A stretch of 63,686 bases of DNA, counting the filler, from Chiloscyllium plagiosum (Eukaryota), in NCBI RefSeq assembly GCF_004010195.1. It is 5 parts of one record of this genome, joined end to end, with 100 filler letters (N's around TTAATTAATTAA, not from the genome) between each part and the next. Parts side by side here need not be neighbours in the genome. Positions count along the whole stretch, not along the records: positions 61,225 to 63,686 come from NC_057717.1; 4 more parts are not named here. One strand, given 5' to 3'. The notes below the pieces were generated by a model. It was not told the DNA's origin, did not search any database, and saw only the letters and a list, made by a program, of their open reading frames with translations. Positions 61,125 through 63,686 of this stretch are shown here, piece after piece. Each line of letters begins with the position of its first letter. The stretch's first letter is position 1. The position numbers and the translations under genes were made by a program.

Positions 61125-63686
61125 NNNNNNNNNNNNNNNNNNNNNNNNNNNNNNNNNNNNNNNNNNNNTTAATTAATTAANNNNNNNNNNNNNNNNNNNN
61201 NNNNNNNNNNNNNNNNNNNNNNNNGACAGTGATGGCCAATTGAACTGAAGAGATTTATTTTTTGCATTTTTCCGAGTCAACGAGGGTTGTAAAGGCTGGA
61301 GAAGATACCTCAGATAGGGGCGGATGTAGGGATTGAAGGAAAATACACAGACTCAGAGTGTGTATTGGGAGGAGGAGCTTACAGTGATAAACTGGATTGC
61401 CGGGGTTTACGTCGACAGAGAAGGTTGTATCTTCTGGAGAATGTAGCACTGATACAGACAGTGTTAGAGATTGGAGAAACTAACAGAGATAGGCATTATT
61501 CCTTGAACCAGAGGAAGTTAGAAACAAGATGCTGATAATCAAGACTGGGATTTTTCTCTTCTGTTCATTGTCGAGCACTTTATCTATGTAAAGTCTTTAG
61601 GTTATGAACTAAACTCCACGAACTCCTTCCTCTACTGTCAACTGTGATTGATATAACTTCCCTGCGGGATTTACTGAAGCATCCAGATCTTGCTCTCTGG
61701 CTGACTCACCGTCTTGAATGAGGGATGAAGGAGACAGGTGTTAGGAGTTCTGATGAATCAGGAACATCCTGATTACCGACAAGTGACAGGGAAATAGGCA
61801 GACTCATAATTAGACTGATTCAGTGAAGATTACACATATGGAATGGTAATGAGCACCATGGAGACCTGGAATAACCCAGCCACCATCCCTGGCATCTGCT
61901 AACCCATCTTTCAAGAGTGGAGAATTCTGATGGCTCAGGATTTCAGATCACATTCAAAGGAGAAAGGTGGTAGCACAGACCGAAATTCGACGCACACAGT
62001 GAGGATACCACATGGAGAGATCCTGCGTGGCATTGCCAGAGAGCAGGAGGATTTTAGAACGAACCAATGGTATCAGAAGTGGTGGTTTTGACTTAGCAGG
62101 CACTGCCGCGAGTACTTACGGGGAGAGAGCTATTGTTTTGGGATGGCCTCTACTAGTACGGTGCTGGGGCCATTGCTCTCGTCAATCATATGACCAGGAT
62201 TATGCAGAGTGCATTAACCTGACATAAATCAGGAAGGATTAGGACAACATCAGGTGACATAAAATTTACAAACCCATAGAGAAAGATTGAAATATTGGAA
62301 CACAATGTGAATGTCGCTGAAGACAAGCACAAAGGATCAACAAGTGACTAATTTTAACTGAAATAGTACATCAGCAAATATATTTGTGAGAGGAAATTGT
62401 GGTTTAAAAAATCAATTACAGTTGCTTGGTTTGAATGCACAAAGCATTACCAGTAACATATATGCTCTTATGACACAGATTGATAAATAATTTCTATCTA
62501 AACACAACTAGGGAGATGTGGCCACAGGGTGAACAAAACGCTGGGGCATCGCTTTTAACAGCAACACAACATTTCGGAAGGTCAGGCCGAAAAGGAAGCA
62601 GGATGTGGGACTCTAATCGTCAGGGATATCAAGGGGATCACCCAAAACAATGTCGTCAGATTATAATTGAGTATGAATGAAAATTCTGTGGAATAGGGGT
62701 CAGGACACGAAAGTGGAAGGACACGCAAGTTATCAGGCATTCCAATAGCATTACATTGGTAGCGAATGCATTAGACAGATTATTATTGGAATTTGCTACA
62801 AGGCACTGGGGTAATTGTGAGATAATTAAATCTTCCTTTCCCATCATCTCATTGACGGTCAGTCTCAGGGGAGCCAGAATGTCTCCCACTCACAGGGGGA
62901 GTCTGAAGGAGAATCTACAGACCTTTCCGTTCAGTGAGCAAACCTACATCCAAAACCTCAACCTGAGCTACAAATCTTCTAAAACATTCCACAGACTCTG
63001 TTAAACTTGGGGCAAAAGGTGGCCTTGGGAAGGGGGTTGGGTGGGGCATTGGGGTGGTTGCCTCATCCTTGTGCTGTTTTCTCCTGGATTCCCCTTTTCC
63101 CCACAGCAAGATACGAGTTGCCTGACACCTTCGCAATGCTCCTCCCCCACTTTGGACAGTCTTGGCCCAATAATTCATTTGATTGGTGGGAATGTTGCAC
63201 TACCACAATGAGGCTTTGATGGAATCCCTGACGAACTTCCTCTGCCCAACCTGGGGCTCTCCTGCCGTTTCAGAGTTGGGAATAGAACATCTGCTTGGGG
63301 AGTCTCAAGTCAGTCATGATGATGATGTGCCCAGCCCAGCGCAGCTGATCAAGGGGAGGGTAGGTGCTGGGGATTCTGGGGATGTTAACATTTTCGACGA
63401 GTCTGTCCTACCAATGGATTCACAGCATCTTCCAAGGGCAGCTTTGGTGGGTCTGCTCCAGCAGTCTGCGCTCCCTGCTGTAGACAGCCCACGTCTCAGA
63501 GACATATCTGAGGGTGAAAAACACCACACGTGTTTAATCCATGAGCTTGCTGTTGGAACTGTTGTTATTGTCCGAGTACACACTTTCCCTCAGTCGGCCG
63601 AAGGCTGTGCTAGCATATTGGAGATAGTGCTGGATTTTGTCATCAATATCTGCTTTCATCGACAGGATATTCCCGAGGGATTAGAA

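Overview
This is vertebrate nuclear DNA, almost certainly from a cartilaginous fish (shark), judged from HE1-like V-SINEs, SacSINE1-like SINEs, dense CR1/HER1 LINEs and shark-type Penelope ends. Most of the window is decayed, nested mobile elements. The only host gene piece I can support is the first coding exon of a GPR139/142-like GPCR on the minus strand (~16.1-16.3 kb). The main accessory element is a degraded minus-strand class I (epsilon-like) endogenous retrovirus at ~34.8-43.5 kb. It has a probable LTR, a tRNA-Pro-like PBS, myristoylated gag, an in-frame UGA gag-pol junction, protease, RT, RNase H, integrase and the start of env. Between protease and RT it carries a domain with two HxT/S-type motifs that looks like a 2H phosphoesterase. 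Penelope-like termini carry minimal type I hammerhead ribozyme motifs from at least two families and have made long hairpin insertions. Also present: Harbinger and MULE transposon relics, a Gypsy integrase fragment, an old ~5 kb segmental duplication, a recent 1.8 kb tandem duplication, three minisatellite families and assembly artefacts (N44-TTAATTAATTAA-N44 spacers and a probable false duplication). All family calls come from motif recognition by eye, with no database search, and repeat boundaries are approximate.
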